In this document: positions 32,253 to 43,159 of the stretch, piece after piece
Layout: every line of letters begins with the position of its first letter
Numbering within the stretch: position 1 is the first letter of the stretch
Source: Prasinococcaceae sp. CCMP 1430
Taxonomy: Eukaryota > Plantae > Prasinodermophyta
Direction of reading: 5' to 3'
Assembly (NCBI GenBank): GCA_013416795.1
Contig: RQSC01001079.1
Coordinates: forward strand, 49,532 to 113,531
Length of the DNA stretch: 64,000 nucleotides
The notes under the pieces: generated by a model
Database searches by the model: none
Seen by the model: only the letters and a program-made list of their open reading frames with translations
Told to the model about the DNA's origin: nothing
Position numbers and translations under genes: made by a program

Positions 32253-34146
32253 CTCCGCCCGCGCCGCGCACGCCGCCGTCCTCCTCGTCGGCGGCGCCGT
32301 CGCCTCCCACGCGCGCGCCGCCGCGCTTGAGCGCCTCGACCTCGAGCCTGAGCAGCCCGTTGCTGCCGGTGAGCTCCATGAGCTCCACCTCGAGCGCCTG
32401 CGCCGCAGCTGCGCCGCGCTCGCATCTGGTCGCGCGGCCGTCCGCGGCCGCGGCGAGATCCTCGGCGGCGGCGATGCGCGCAGCGGCGGCGGCCTCGGCT
32501 GCCGTGCGCCCCGCGGCTTCGCCCTCCTCGCGCGCGCGAGCCTCGGCGGCCTCGTGCGCGCGCTGGAGCCCTGAGCGCATCGCCTCCTCGATCTCGTCGG
32601 CAGCCGCGCGCGCCTGCGCCTCGGCGGCCGCGATGAGCTCGGACTGCGCGCTTCGCGCCTCCCGCGCATCTGCCGCCGCGGCATCGCGCTCGCGCAGGGC
32701 GTCCGCCAGCTTCGCCTCCGCCACGGCACGCAGGCGCGCGTCCAGCGCCGCCTGCGGCAGTCCCTCTCGCAACGACGCCAGCTCGGCGTGCAGCGCCGAC
32801 ACGAGCCTGTCCGCCTCCTCGGCGGACTCCTCCGCCGCCGCGCGCGCGATTTCGAGCGCGGCCGCGTGCTCGATCGCGGCGCTTTCGAGCGTGGCGCGCA
32901 TGCGCTCGACGTCCTCGGCGCATTCCGCACGCGCGGCGTCGACCCTCGCCTCAGCCGCGGCGCCCGCCTCCGTCGCGAGCTGTTCCGCTCGCGCGCTGAG
33001 ATCTGCGGCCGCCTCCTCCGCCTGCGCCAAGCGCGCACGCAGCTCGGCGTCGGCGTGCGCGCTGGCGACCTGCACCTCGCGGAGCTCCTCGCGCGCAGCA
33101 GTGAGCTTCGCAGCCAGCTCGGACCGCTCAGCCTCGACAGCGGCGGCATCGGCTAGCTGTTCGCGCGCATGCGCTAGCTCGGTCCGGAGCGTCGCGTTTT
33201 CATCCGCATGCGCGGTCGCGCGCGCGCGAAGATCGTCTATTGCGCTGCGTGCGGCCGCCGCGTCGGCATCCGCCACTTCTTGCGCGCGCGCCGCGCCCAC
33301 AACCTGAGCCTCAGCCGCGGCGGCGGCCGCCGCGCCGCGCTCGGTCGCGAGCGCGCGAGGGTTTGTGCGGCTGGGGCTCGGGCTCGCGCAAGGGTCTGGG
33401 AGCGCGCTAGCACCATCCCCAGGTGGGGGCAGGCCCGCTCGCCGCTCCGCCTCGCTGGCGCTCTCTGCTCGCTCTGCCTTCACATGCGCCGACGCCTCTG
33501 GTGATGACTCGGGGCTCAAGTTCTCGGCCATGAGTATCATCGCGTCGAGCGCACCGATGGCAGCGGGCGCACCGCATGCGTCTCCCTTGCTGCCGCTTTC
33601 CTGAACGCAATCGCTCGAGTCTCGTCTCAAGGCTGACTGCACGTTCATGTGCTTGCTGGTGGGCGTGGCCTCCGGCCATCCTGGCATCTGAGCGCCTCCC
33701 ATCGAGGGCGTTTGGTACGCCTCGGCGAGGTTGACGCGCACGTTTGCGAGGCCTGAGAGAAGCGGCGACGGCTCTTGGGTGGGTGGCAGCTGCGTATGCA
33801 TCACGCCCGCCGACGCTGCGGCATGCAAGCCTTGCTGCTGGAGCGTCACGAGCCTTTGGTGCGCCTCGAGCGCAAGCTGTTGTTGTTGCTGCCAATGCTG
33901 CCGCAACAGCAGCTGCTGCTGCTGCTGCTGCGCGAGAATGCGCTGCTGCTCCTCGTGAAGACCGGCGCCCACGGGCAGTGGCCGCTGCAGCTCGGTGCTC
34001 AATCGCGACGAGCCCCCGGTCGAAGGCGCCGCCGTCCCGCGCCAGCCAGGCGCCGCCACGGCCGTGTGCGCGGCCGTCTCGTCAACGTGGGCTCGCGGGC
34101 GCTCGCGGGCACACGACGCCGCGTCCGCCGCAGCAGGCGCGGCCAT
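32253..34146 (-). CDS. Long coiled-coil Ala/Glu-rich protein with Q-rich N-terminus; 3' end lost in gap
   Basis: Open frame from ATG 34146 into the gap; heptad-rich E/A/R stretch; no family recognised. Confidence 0.6.
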
Positions 34147-34851
34147 GGCAGGAGGCAAGCGGCCCGGGGGTCAAGGCGTCCAAGCTCGCCTCCCTGCCCC
34201 CCTCAATGCCAGCACCACACACGCGCCCAGCCGCCCACTCACTCGCGCTCTCCTCTAGCGCGACTCATCGCGCTCGACGCTCCGCCCGCCACGCCCACGC
34301 CTCGCCGCGCGCACACGCACGCGCTGTGCCACCCCCTGCCCCCCTCACCCCCCCCGGCCAAACCGTGCGCTGAGGAAGACGCCGCCTGCCCACGCGTGCG
34401 TGCCGCGGCGGCGCAGAACGGAGGGAGGGGGGGCGCAGCCGCGCGCGTGTGCGCGCGTGTGGGCAGGGTGGGGTTGGGGCTGCACCGGGCGGCCGTTGTT
34501 GTTAGTGCTCGCCGGGGAACCCGACCGCTATTCAGTTAATTACATGCAAATCCGCCAACAGAGACTCTTTTTGACGTGGCTGAAATCCACGGTAGGCATA
34601 TTTTGAACCCGTGCTTTCCGGGGAATCACAATGATAATCAGATCCATGCATGCGACCGACAGCGGTGATTCAAAAATAAGGCTCCCGTGGGTAAAGTTGA
34701 TGTATGCGCTCTTGTTCGAGTATTGGTGTGCAATGCGTTCGTTTCTTCGGTTCCCCGAGCGCCGCGGCGCGCGCGCTGCGGCGCCGGGCGCGCCAGAGTG
34801 CGCGCGCGCGCGGGACGCTCCCCCCCCACCTTCCTGCCCTGACCGCGCGCA

Positions 34852-35148
34852 ATGGCCGACGCCGAGCCCCCTGCCAGCCCTGCGGAGGAGGTGGCAGCGA
34901 TGGAGACGGAGGCGAAGCAGGAACCCGCGAACACGATTGTGCCGCCGGCGGCCGGCGCGGGCTACTCCGACCCACAGCAGGTGCGTGCTCGCAGCGAAGG
35001 GGAAGGGGGGCGCGCGCGCGAGAAAGTGTGTGTGAGGGGAATCCGACAAGCTGCGCGCAGCTCGAGAGGCCGTCGCCGCCGCCGAGGCGGCGGCAGCAGC
35101 CAAGAAGAGCGGCATGAGCAGCATGGTGAAGAACCTCAAGCGCAAGAT
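34852..35148 (+). CDS. Hypothetical small protein, partial (probable intron from 34981; truncated at N 35149)
   Basis: MADAEPPAS..SDPQQ|gtgcgt donor, then ..AAEAAAAAKKSGMSSMVKNLKRK. Confidence 0.35.
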
Positions 35149-35816
35149 NTGGGGTGATGATGCTGACGCCAGTGCCAACGCGCCGCATGTTTTCGTCCCC
35201 GTCGCACCCACCACCCCGATCCGATCCAAAACGCACCGCCGGCGCGATTCAAAAAACGATAACAGCTCCGATTCGAAAACATCCAATCGTGGGCGAACGC
35301 GACCGAAGCGCCAGCGCGCGCCGCCGCGCGCGCGCACGCGAGAAACGGGTCCGCGGCGGGGGTCGACCGGTCGGTCGGTCGGTCGGCGCGCCGACCGGCC
35401 GAGCAGCCGGCAGGGGATGAATGTGAGGGGGGGCGCCCCGGCGGGTCGGTCGGCACTCCCCCCCCGCACGCCTGGCAATGCACACGTCTCGGTCGGACAC
35501 GGTCAAACAAAGACCCCGCGGCTCGCATCCCGTGGGTGAATTTGTGCATGATTTCATTTCATCGCGCGGGCCATCGGCGCGGGGGCGCGCCGCCGCCCCG
35601 CGCGCGCGTCGTTCCCCCGCTCGAAACGCGTCGCGCGCGCGCGCGCGCGCACAGGCACTACTGACCGCGCCGCGCGCGCTGCGGCGCGGGCGGGGTGGGA
35701 TCGAGCGGGCTCGAGCGGGCTGGAGTGGGGTGGGGTGGGGCGGGAGTGGGCCACGAGGTCTGGTGATGCGCCGCGCTCACACGTGAGGCGCCGGTGCGAG
35801 GGAGGGGCCGCGCGGA

Positions 35817-36797
35817 ATGGCGGCGGGGATCGACGACGGCGCCGCCGCGGACGCCGGCGAGGGAGGGGAGGCGGGGCCCGCGTACGGAGCGGTGGCGGCG
35901 CTCGGCGCGGCAGGCGCGCTAGAGACGGCGTACCTGACCTACGAGAAGCTCACCGGTGGCACAGTCGCGTGCCCCATCGGCGGGGGGTGCACGTCGGTGC
36001 TCGCGTCCGCGTACGCCGACGTGCACGCGTTCGGCGCGACGCTGCCGCTGGCGGCCGTGGGGTGCGGAGCGTATGCCCTCGTGTCGGCGCTCGGCGTGAA
36101 GGGCGCCAGGAACGGCGGCGAGGGCGAGCGAGCCGGATGGGAGCGAGCGCTCGGCCTGCAGACGGGTTGGGAGCGCTGGGCGCTCGCCGGGACGACCTCG
36201 CTCATGGCGGCGACGTCCGGATGCCTCATGTGGGTCCTCGCCGCGCGGCTGCACACCGAGTGCGCGTACTGCATCGGCAGCGCGGTGCTGAGCTCGTCGC
36301 TGTGCGTGACGTCGCTCCGCGGGCTATCGAAGGACGATTTGAGGGCCTTCGCTCCGTACGGGATCGGGACCGCCGCCGCGCTCGTGGTCGCGTTCGGCGC
36401 GGCGTACGGCGGCGTCGAGGAGCAGCAGCAGACGCGCGGGGGCGCGCTGCCGCTCGAGCTGGCGTACGCGCCCCCCGAGATTGACACCGAGTCGTCGCCG
36501 CGAGCGCTCGCCATCGCGGAGAGGCTCGCAAAGGCGGACGCGCGCTTCTACGGCGCTTTCTGGTGCTCGCACTGCAAAGACCAGAAGCTCACGCTCGGCA
36601 GGCAGGCGATGGCCAAGGTACGCTACGTCGAGTGCTTCCCGTCGGGCTGGAAGAAGGGCGAGCCGCTGGCGCCAGAGTGCTCGGCGGCCGGCGTGAAGGG
36701 CTTCCCGTGGTGGGTCATCAACGGCGAGGTCACCAGCGGCGAGATGTCGCTCGACGAGCTGGAGAACGTCCTGGACGGCAAGGGCAAGGACGGGTGA
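35817..36797 (+). CDS. LTO1: Thylakoid VKOR-thioredoxin fusion (lumen thiol oxidoreductase)
   Basis: YLTYEKL..CPIGGGCTSVL.SAYA (VKOR), CAYC, then Trx-like YGAFWCSHCKDQK, YVEC and GFPWWVING. Confidence 0.9.
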   Translation: MAAGIDDGAAADAGEGGEAGPAYGAVAALGAAGALETAYLTYEKLTGGTVACPIGGGCTSVLASAYADVHAFGATLPLAAVGCGAYALVSALGVKGARNGGEGERAGWERALGLQTGWERWALAGTTSLMAATSGCLMWVLAARLHTECAYCIGSAVLSSSLCVTSLRGLSKDDLRAFAPYGIGTAAALVVAFGAAYGGVEEQQQTRGGALPLELAYAPPEIDTESSPRALAIAERLAKADARFYGAFWCSHCKDQKLTLGRQAMAKVRYVECFPSGWKKGEPLAPECSAAGVKGFPWWVINGEVTSGEMSLDELENVLDGKGKDG

Positions 36798-37090
36798 CCG
36801 GCGGAGGCACGCGCGGCAGGAGTCGCACGCTCGCCGCGACGGCTTACCTGTAATCATTATTTTTGTTGTCGAGATGTGCACGTATGCACAGCCACACGCA
36901 TCGCGCGCACGCACGCGCGCCTGCACACGCCCGCCCGCGGGTGCACGCCCTCTCGCGCGAGCGCGTGCGCAAGGTGCGCGAACGCGCTCGCCAGCGCATG
37001 CGGAGCGCGCCGCGCCGGGAGAGCGAAGGAATGGGAGTATGGTACAAGTGATCGATACACACAGTGCGGCCGGCCCGGCGCGCGCGGCGC

Positions 37091-37533
37091 TCACTCCATG
37101 TCGTCGGGCCCCACCCTCGCCGTCGCGATTGCCCCTCCCGCCGCCGCCGCCGTCACCCCAGGCGACGGCGGCTGGGCGTGCCGCGCGTGCTGCGCCTGCT
37201 GCGCGAGCGGTGGAGGAACGTGCCCCACCTTGGGAGGCGCTTGCTGGTGCGGCTGCCGGAGCTGCTGTTGCTGCTGCTGAATGAGCTGCTGCTGAAATAG
37301 CTGGTGGCGGTGGCAGTGGCCGTAGCCTTCTCCATGCTGCTGCTGGAAGTGCGGCTGTTGCGAGTGGCGCTGGGTTTGAGGGTGCTGAAGGTGATCGTTG
37401 CCCTCCGTCGCGGCGTGGAAGGCGCTCTCGGCCTCCTCGCGCTCGTCGCGCAGGAGCTCGGCGAGCTCGGCGAGGGCGGCGGCGGCGGCGGGCTCGCCGG
37501 CGGCCAGAGCGGCAGCGTGGCGCCCGGCGGCCG
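37091..37533 (-). CDS. Q/H-rich C-terminal exon of an unknown gene (5' in gap)
   Basis: Open frame from the gap edge to the stop at 37091; poly-Q. Confidence 0.4.
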
Positions 37534-37789
37534 NNNNNNNNNNNNNNNNNNNNNNNNNNNNNNNNNNNNNNNNNNNNNNNNNNNNNNNNNNNNNNNNNNN
37601 NNNNNNNNNNNNNNNNNNNNNNNNNNNNNNNNNNNNNNNNNNNNNNNNNNNNNNNNNNNNNNNNNNNNNNNNNNNNNNNNNNNNNNNNNNNNNNNNNNNN
37701 NNNNNNNNNNNNNNNNNNNNNNNNNNNNNNNNNNNNNNNNNNNNNNNNNNNNNNNNNNNNNNNNNNNNNNNNNNNNNNNNNNNNNNNNN

Positions 37790-39612
37790 ACGCCGATGCC
37801 GTGAAGCCCTCCCAGAGCTGGCCGCCGGCACCGCACTTGTCCCACGCCATGAGCTGCGACATGCTCACGACCGTGTGGCCATCGCCGCTGAGGTCGATGC
37901 CCATGAACTCGCTGCTCGTGTACCACACGGCAAAGATTCCGACGGTGGCGGCGCTAGCTGTGGAGGGCTGTGCGACGCGGGCGGCCGCGGATGCGGCGGC
38001 AGTGGCAGCGGCAGGCGCCCCCCGAGCGCCCGTCTCGCGTGGGTTTGCGGCGGAAGCCGAGGGGGTCGCGGGCGCTGCCCTCGTTGACGAGGCGGGGGCG
38101 CGCGAGGCGGAGCCCGAGTACGACGGTGCGCGCGCGGCCGACGGTCGTTACGACCCCGCCGCGGGGACCACCAGCGGCGACGACGGTGTCAGCGCGGCGG
38201 ACGTGGAGCACGGGTCGGAGCGTCTGGACTACTGGATGTGCCGCCTGCGCCTGGACACCGCGCAGGGCCTGTGGAAGCGCACGCCCGCGCTGGTGCGCAT
38301 GCGGCACTCCGCGGGGATCGGATGCCTGCTGCGTGCGGACTTTGAGGGCGCGTCGCGGGCGCTCGCGGCGTCCTTCGGCGCGGCCGAACCAGCGGTGGGC
38401 AGGCACGAAGCGAGCGAGCTGCTGCGCCTCGCGCACAAAGTCGTGGGTTTGGTGCCGTTCGACGCGGGCTCCGAGCAGCGCGAGCAGTCCAAGGCGCTGT
38501 TGCGGCAGCTCCGCGAGCTCGAGGACGCCGCCGTGGACCTCGACCAGCCGATGGTGGCGGCCGTCGGTGCGGCGCGCGCCGGAGAGGCCTCCGCGGCGCG
38601 CTCGCAGCTGAACGAAGCGTTGGAGGCCCGCGAGCCGTATATGCACGACGCGTTCGGCACGCTGCGCGAGCTGCTGCCCGAGCTGCACGGGGCCGGCACC
38701 GCCGCCACGCAGATGCGCCTGCGGATGCAGCGCGTTGCGAATGCCTCTGAGGAGGGCGCGGGGGCGCTCGAGAGCGACGCTCGCGCCGAGGAGAAACTCG
38801 CTCGGGTCGAGCACGCGGAGGCGAGGCTGCTTGAGATGGGCGAGATGCTGCTGGCCACGGCCGCGGTGCAGGACAAGACGACCTTCGCGCGCTCTGTGTT
38901 CACCACCACCGAGGGCCCGCCGCTCATCGACGCGATCGCACCGCGCCCCCGGCGCGCGCGCAAGGGCAAACAGGAGCACCTCCCCGACGGTGCGCTCAAG
39001 CTGGCGTGCGCGGCGTGGGAGCTCTCGCAGATTGGCGAAGAGCTGCGCGTGCAGCATGCCGAGGCCGAGGAGCTGCGTGAGCAGGACCACATCGTCGCGG
39101 CCTCGGAGGAGGAGGCCATCGAGGAGGCTGCGGCGCGGGCGCAAGTGTTCGTCTCAAAGCAATTCACGAACTTCGTGCCCAACCTGGCCAATATTGAGGT
39201 CCTTCCGCCCATCAAAGTGGTGGAGAGGCTGAGGACGACACTAGAGGCGTACGACCTGGAGCGGAGGCGCCTGTTTTACCTCGCTGACATGGACAAGGGC
39301 CACCTCAAGACGAAGGGCAGCGTGCCCGAGCGCGTGCAGAGGACCATCGATGAGCTCTTCGTCCTCGAAAACGCGTTGGGTGGCATGGGCAAGACGATGC
39401 GCGACGCACAGCGGCACCATCAGAAGCTCGTCAAGGAGGCGCGCCCGGCACGCGAGGTAGCGGAGCGCGCGGCCATCGACGGCGAGGAGGACGACGATGA
39501 CTATGGCGACGTGTTCGACGACGACGATTTTGGCGAGGAGGTCGGTGACGAGTTCGGCGTCGACGACGACGACATCGCCTCCCAACGAAGCGGCGAGGGC
39601 GCGAGCACATAA
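37790..39612 (+). CDS. Hypothetical helical protein with acidic tail (5' in gap)
   Basis: 603-aa open frame with typical codon bias; no family recognised. Confidence 0.6.
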
Positions 39613-40996
39613 TACATTCATTTTTGGGGCAGAGACCAGCGAGCGCAGCGCGCGCCTAGCATGTCTGCGCCCCGTCCGCGCCAGCGCCGCTCCGCTGGTA
39701 CACACAAATTGCGTTCGTACACGACCGGCACCGCGACCGGTCAGATAGCAGAAGGCGCGAACGCGCCGCGGCCACAATATAGTACACTCTGCTCCTGCTG
39801 CGGCGACGGAGCCGGCCTCCTACCTCGCCGACGCGGCAGCGCAGCATAGCTCGGTATCGAGCGCCGCGACCAACGTGCTCGCGTCGCGGAAGGCGCCGCC
39901 TTTCGCCTGTCCGCCGCCTTCGCCTTCGCCTTCGCACGCGGCGACGTCGCCATTCGCCGCCGCCCCCCGTAACCAACGCGCACGCGCCGCGGCCGCGGCG
40001 ACGTCGGCGATCGGCGCGCTCAGCACGCCCGCAGGCACGCTCAGCATCTCCTTTGGTGGGAGGCCGAGCAGCTTGCCGAGCGCGAGCACGTGCGCGACGG
40101 CGGCGCGCGCGTCGCGCGCGGTTGAGTCGCCGCCCCCCGCGATGGCCGCCTCGCAGCGCGCGGCGCGGCCGCGCGCATCCGCGCCGCGCGCGAGGCGGCG
40201 CGATGTGGGTGCCTAGGAGTCTATGCGTGCGTGTGTGCGTGTGTGTGTGGCGTCGGCTGTGTGCTGGTGGTGAGGGGGGGGGGTAGGCCGCAGCGCAGCG
40301 TGCGGCCGCCGCAGCACGCAGCCGTCGCGTTCGGTGCACTTGTGCACGTATAGACCCTTATTCCGATTAACCCTTAACTAAAACCTCAACCCATCGCCCC
40401 CCGCGCCGCGCCCCGCCCGATTCGCGGATTCCGAATTCGCGCGCGCCCCTCCGCGCGTTACCTCACCGCCTCCCGTGCCGAGCGCGCGCGCGCGCCGACC
40501 ATTTCGCCGCGCCCGGCCCGTAAAAAAAAATTCGACGGGCGGGAAATGGCAGCGCGAGAAGTCGTCGTGATGGCAAACCGCATAATTTGCGCGTGCGTAT
40601 TTCCGGACGAAGCTTTTTGTGAGCGCGCGTGTGCTTTTTTGGCGGGGCGGCGCGGGGCCAGACCGCACGCGCCGCGCGCGCGGCGACCAGGGGAGACCCC
40701 TCCCCCTCCCCCGAGGTCCCCGTAGCCGAGGTGAGCGCGAGGAGAGGGTGGGATGACTGGGCGGGGCCGGGCGGCGGGGCGATGGGTCCGAGGGAAAGGT
40801 GCGCGTGTGCCTGCGCGTGCCAGAGTGGATAGGCGTCACGGCCCTGAACGCAGCGCCATCACGGTCACCGCAGCTGACCTCAGCCCCGCGATGCGCCGCG
40901 CCTCCCGCGATGCGCCGCCCGTGCGCTCGCCCCGTCGCCACCCTGACGCGGGCGCCGCGCACCGCAGGTCCCTCGGCTCGTCCCCCGCCTGCAGCC

Positions 40997-42679
40997 ATGC
41001 AGGCCCCCGTGATGGTCATGAATACCAACACGAAGCGCGAGTCGGGGCGCAAGGCGCAGCTCGCCAACATCAGCGCGGCCAAGGCCGTCGCCGACATCAT
41101 CCGCACGACGCTCGGGCCGCAGTCGATGCTCAAGATGATCCTGGATGCGAGCGGCGGCATCGTGCTCACCAACGACGGCAACGCCATCCTGCGCGAGATC
41201 GACGTGAGCCACCCGGCCGCCAAGTCGATGATCGAGCTCAGCCGCACGCAGGACGAGGAGGTCGGCGACGGCACCACGTCGGTGATCATCCTCGCCGGCG
41301 AGCTCATGGCGGCCGCACAGCCGTTCATGGAGAAGCAGCTGCACCCGACCGTGGTGGTCAAGGCGTACGCCAAGGCGCTCACCGACGCCGTGGACGCCAT
41401 CGACAAGATCGCCTTCAACGTGGACACCACCAACAGGGACTCCATGATGAACATTCTGCAATCGTGCATCGGCACCAAGTTCACCAACCGATTCGGCTCC
41501 ATCCTGGCCGAGCTCGCGCTGGACGCGGTCAACTGCGTGGCCGTCGACCTCGGCAACGGCAAGAAGGAAATCGACGTCAAGAAGTACGCCAAGATCGAGA
41601 AGATCCCCGGCGGCCAGATCGAGGACAGCCGCGTGCTGGCGGGCGTCATGTTCCAGAAGGACGTGGTCACGCCGGGCAAGATGAAGCGCAACATCGTCAA
41701 ACCGCGCATCCTGCTGCTCGACTGCCCGCTCGAGTACAAGAAGGGCGAGTCGCAGACCAACGTGGAGATCGTCAAGGAGGAGGACTGGGCGACGCTGCTC
41801 AAGATGGAGGAGGAGTGGATCGAGAACCAGTGCAACATGATCGCCGCCTTCAAGCCCGACCTGGTCGTGACGGAGAAGGGCATCAGCGACTTCGCCGTGC
41901 ACCATTTCTGCAAGATGGGCATCACTGCCGTCCGCCGCCTGCGAAAGACCGACAACAACCGCATCGCGCGCGCGGCGGGCGCGACCATCGTGCACCGCTG
42001 CGACGAGATCAAGGAGAGCGACATCGGCACCAAGGCCGGCCTCTTCAAGGTGGAGAAGATCGGGGACGAGTACTTCAGCTTCGTGGTCGACTGCGAGGAG
42101 CCGAAGGCGTGCTCGATCGTGCTGCGCGGGGCGAGCAAGGACGTGCTCAATGAGGTGGAGCGCAACCTGCACGACGCCATGGGCGTGGCCAAGAACGTGG
42201 TGCAGGACCCGCGCCTGGTGCCTGGCGGCGGCGCCGTGGAGATGGCCGTGTCCAAGGCGCTGTCGGAGAAGGCCAGCTCGATCGAGGGCGTGGAGCAGTG
42301 GCCGTACCGCACGGTGGGCGAGGCGCTGGAGATTATCCCGCGCACGCTGGCGCAGAACTGCGGCGTGAACGTCATTCGCACGATCACCAAGCTGCGCGCC
42401 AAACACGCGGATGGCGAGAGCAGCACTTGGGGCATCAACGGCGAGACGGGCGAGATCCAGTGCATGAAGGAGCTGGGCATCTGGGAGCCGTACGCCGTCA
42501 AGGTGCAGGTGATCAAGACGGCGGCGGAGTCGGCCATGATGCTCCTTCGCATCGACGACATTCTGTCGGGTATGTCGCACAAACAGCAGGGTGGGGGGCG
42601 CCCGGCTGGCCCGACGGGCACGCAGGTGGACGAGAACGCCGGCGACAACGTGGACTCAGAAAGGCAGCTGGCCGAGTAA
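40997..42679 (+). CDS. CCT3: T-complex protein 1 subunit gamma, intronless
   Basis: RESGRKAQLANI, RTTLGP.SMLKM, TNDGNAILREI, GDGTTS, VPGGGAVEMA, IKTAAESA.MLLRIDDI. Confidence 0.97.
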   Translation: MQAPVMVMNTNTKRESGRKAQLANISAAKAVADIIRTTLGPQSMLKMILDASGGIVLTNDGNAILREIDVSHPAAKSMIELSRTQDEEVGDGTTSVIILAGELMAAAQPFMEKQLHPTVVVKAYAKALTDAVDAIDKIAFNVDTTNRDSMMNILQSCIGTKFTNRFGSILAELALDAVNCVAVDLGNGKKEIDVKKYAKIEKIPGGQIEDSRVLAGVMFQKDVVTPGKMKRNIVKPRILLLDCPLEYKKGESQTNVEIVKEEDWATLLKMEEEWIENQCNMIAAFKPDLVVTEKGISDFAVHHFCKMGITAVRRLRKTDNNRIARAAGATIVHRCDEIKESDIGTKAGLFKVEKIGDEYFSFVVDCEEPKACSIVLRGASKDVLNEVERNLHDAMGVAKNVVQDPRLVPGGGAVEMAVSKALSEKASSIEGVEQWPYRTVGEALEIIPRTLAQNCGVNVIRTITKLRAKHADGESSTWGINGETGEIQCMKELGIWEPYAVKVQVIKTAAESAMMLLRIDDILSGMSHKQQGGGRPAGPTGTQVDENAGDNVDSERQLAE

Positions 42680-42993
42680 TCGCGCGCCGCTCTGGGGCGC
42701 GCCGCGCCGAGGCGCGCCGCGCAGCCCACGTCGAGCCCACGTCGAGCCCGGGCGCAAACCCCTATCAATACTACTTCTTTTGTATGACGCGGCGCCTCGC
42801 GCGCCTCGCCCCGGGCGCCGCCAGCAGCCCCCCCCCCCCGCAACGCGCGTCGCGCGCCGCGCCTGGCTCCTCGCCGCGCCCTCGCGCCGCGCGGCGCCCT
42901 CAACGCGATACCAATGCGCCAATTCCACGTACGCACGTACACGCGCACGTGCGTGTACGCACGCACGTTCATTCGAGTGGATGGCCGATTTTT

Positions 42994-43094
42994 GTTTTGT
43001 TTTTTTGCGGCGGGTGCCATCAAACACCATCTTCGGTGACAGCTTTTGTTTTTTTTGCGGCGGGTGCCATCAAACACCATCTTCGGTGACAGCT
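42994..43094. repeat. Tandem duplication, 50-bp period, two copies
   Basis: tttt(g)ttttttgcggcgggtgccatcaaacaccatcttcggtgacagct occurs twice (GCGGCGGG at 43007 and 43057). A separate 11-bp repeat agcccacgtcg x2 lies at 42723-42749. Confidence 0.9.
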
Positions 43095-43159
43095 GGCGGG
43101 GGCGGCGTCGACGCCACTGGGCGCACGCCCGGCGCTGCTCGGCGCCCTCGCCCCGTGCC

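Noticed and set aside
39820-40213. Short minus-strand exon-like ORF (VLALGKLLGLPPKEML...)
   Set aside because: No start, no family motif and no linked exons; support is too weak to annotate.
42994-43094. Repeat resembling a mini CRISPR array
   Set aside because: Only two adjacent copies, no spacers, no cas genes, eukaryotic context.
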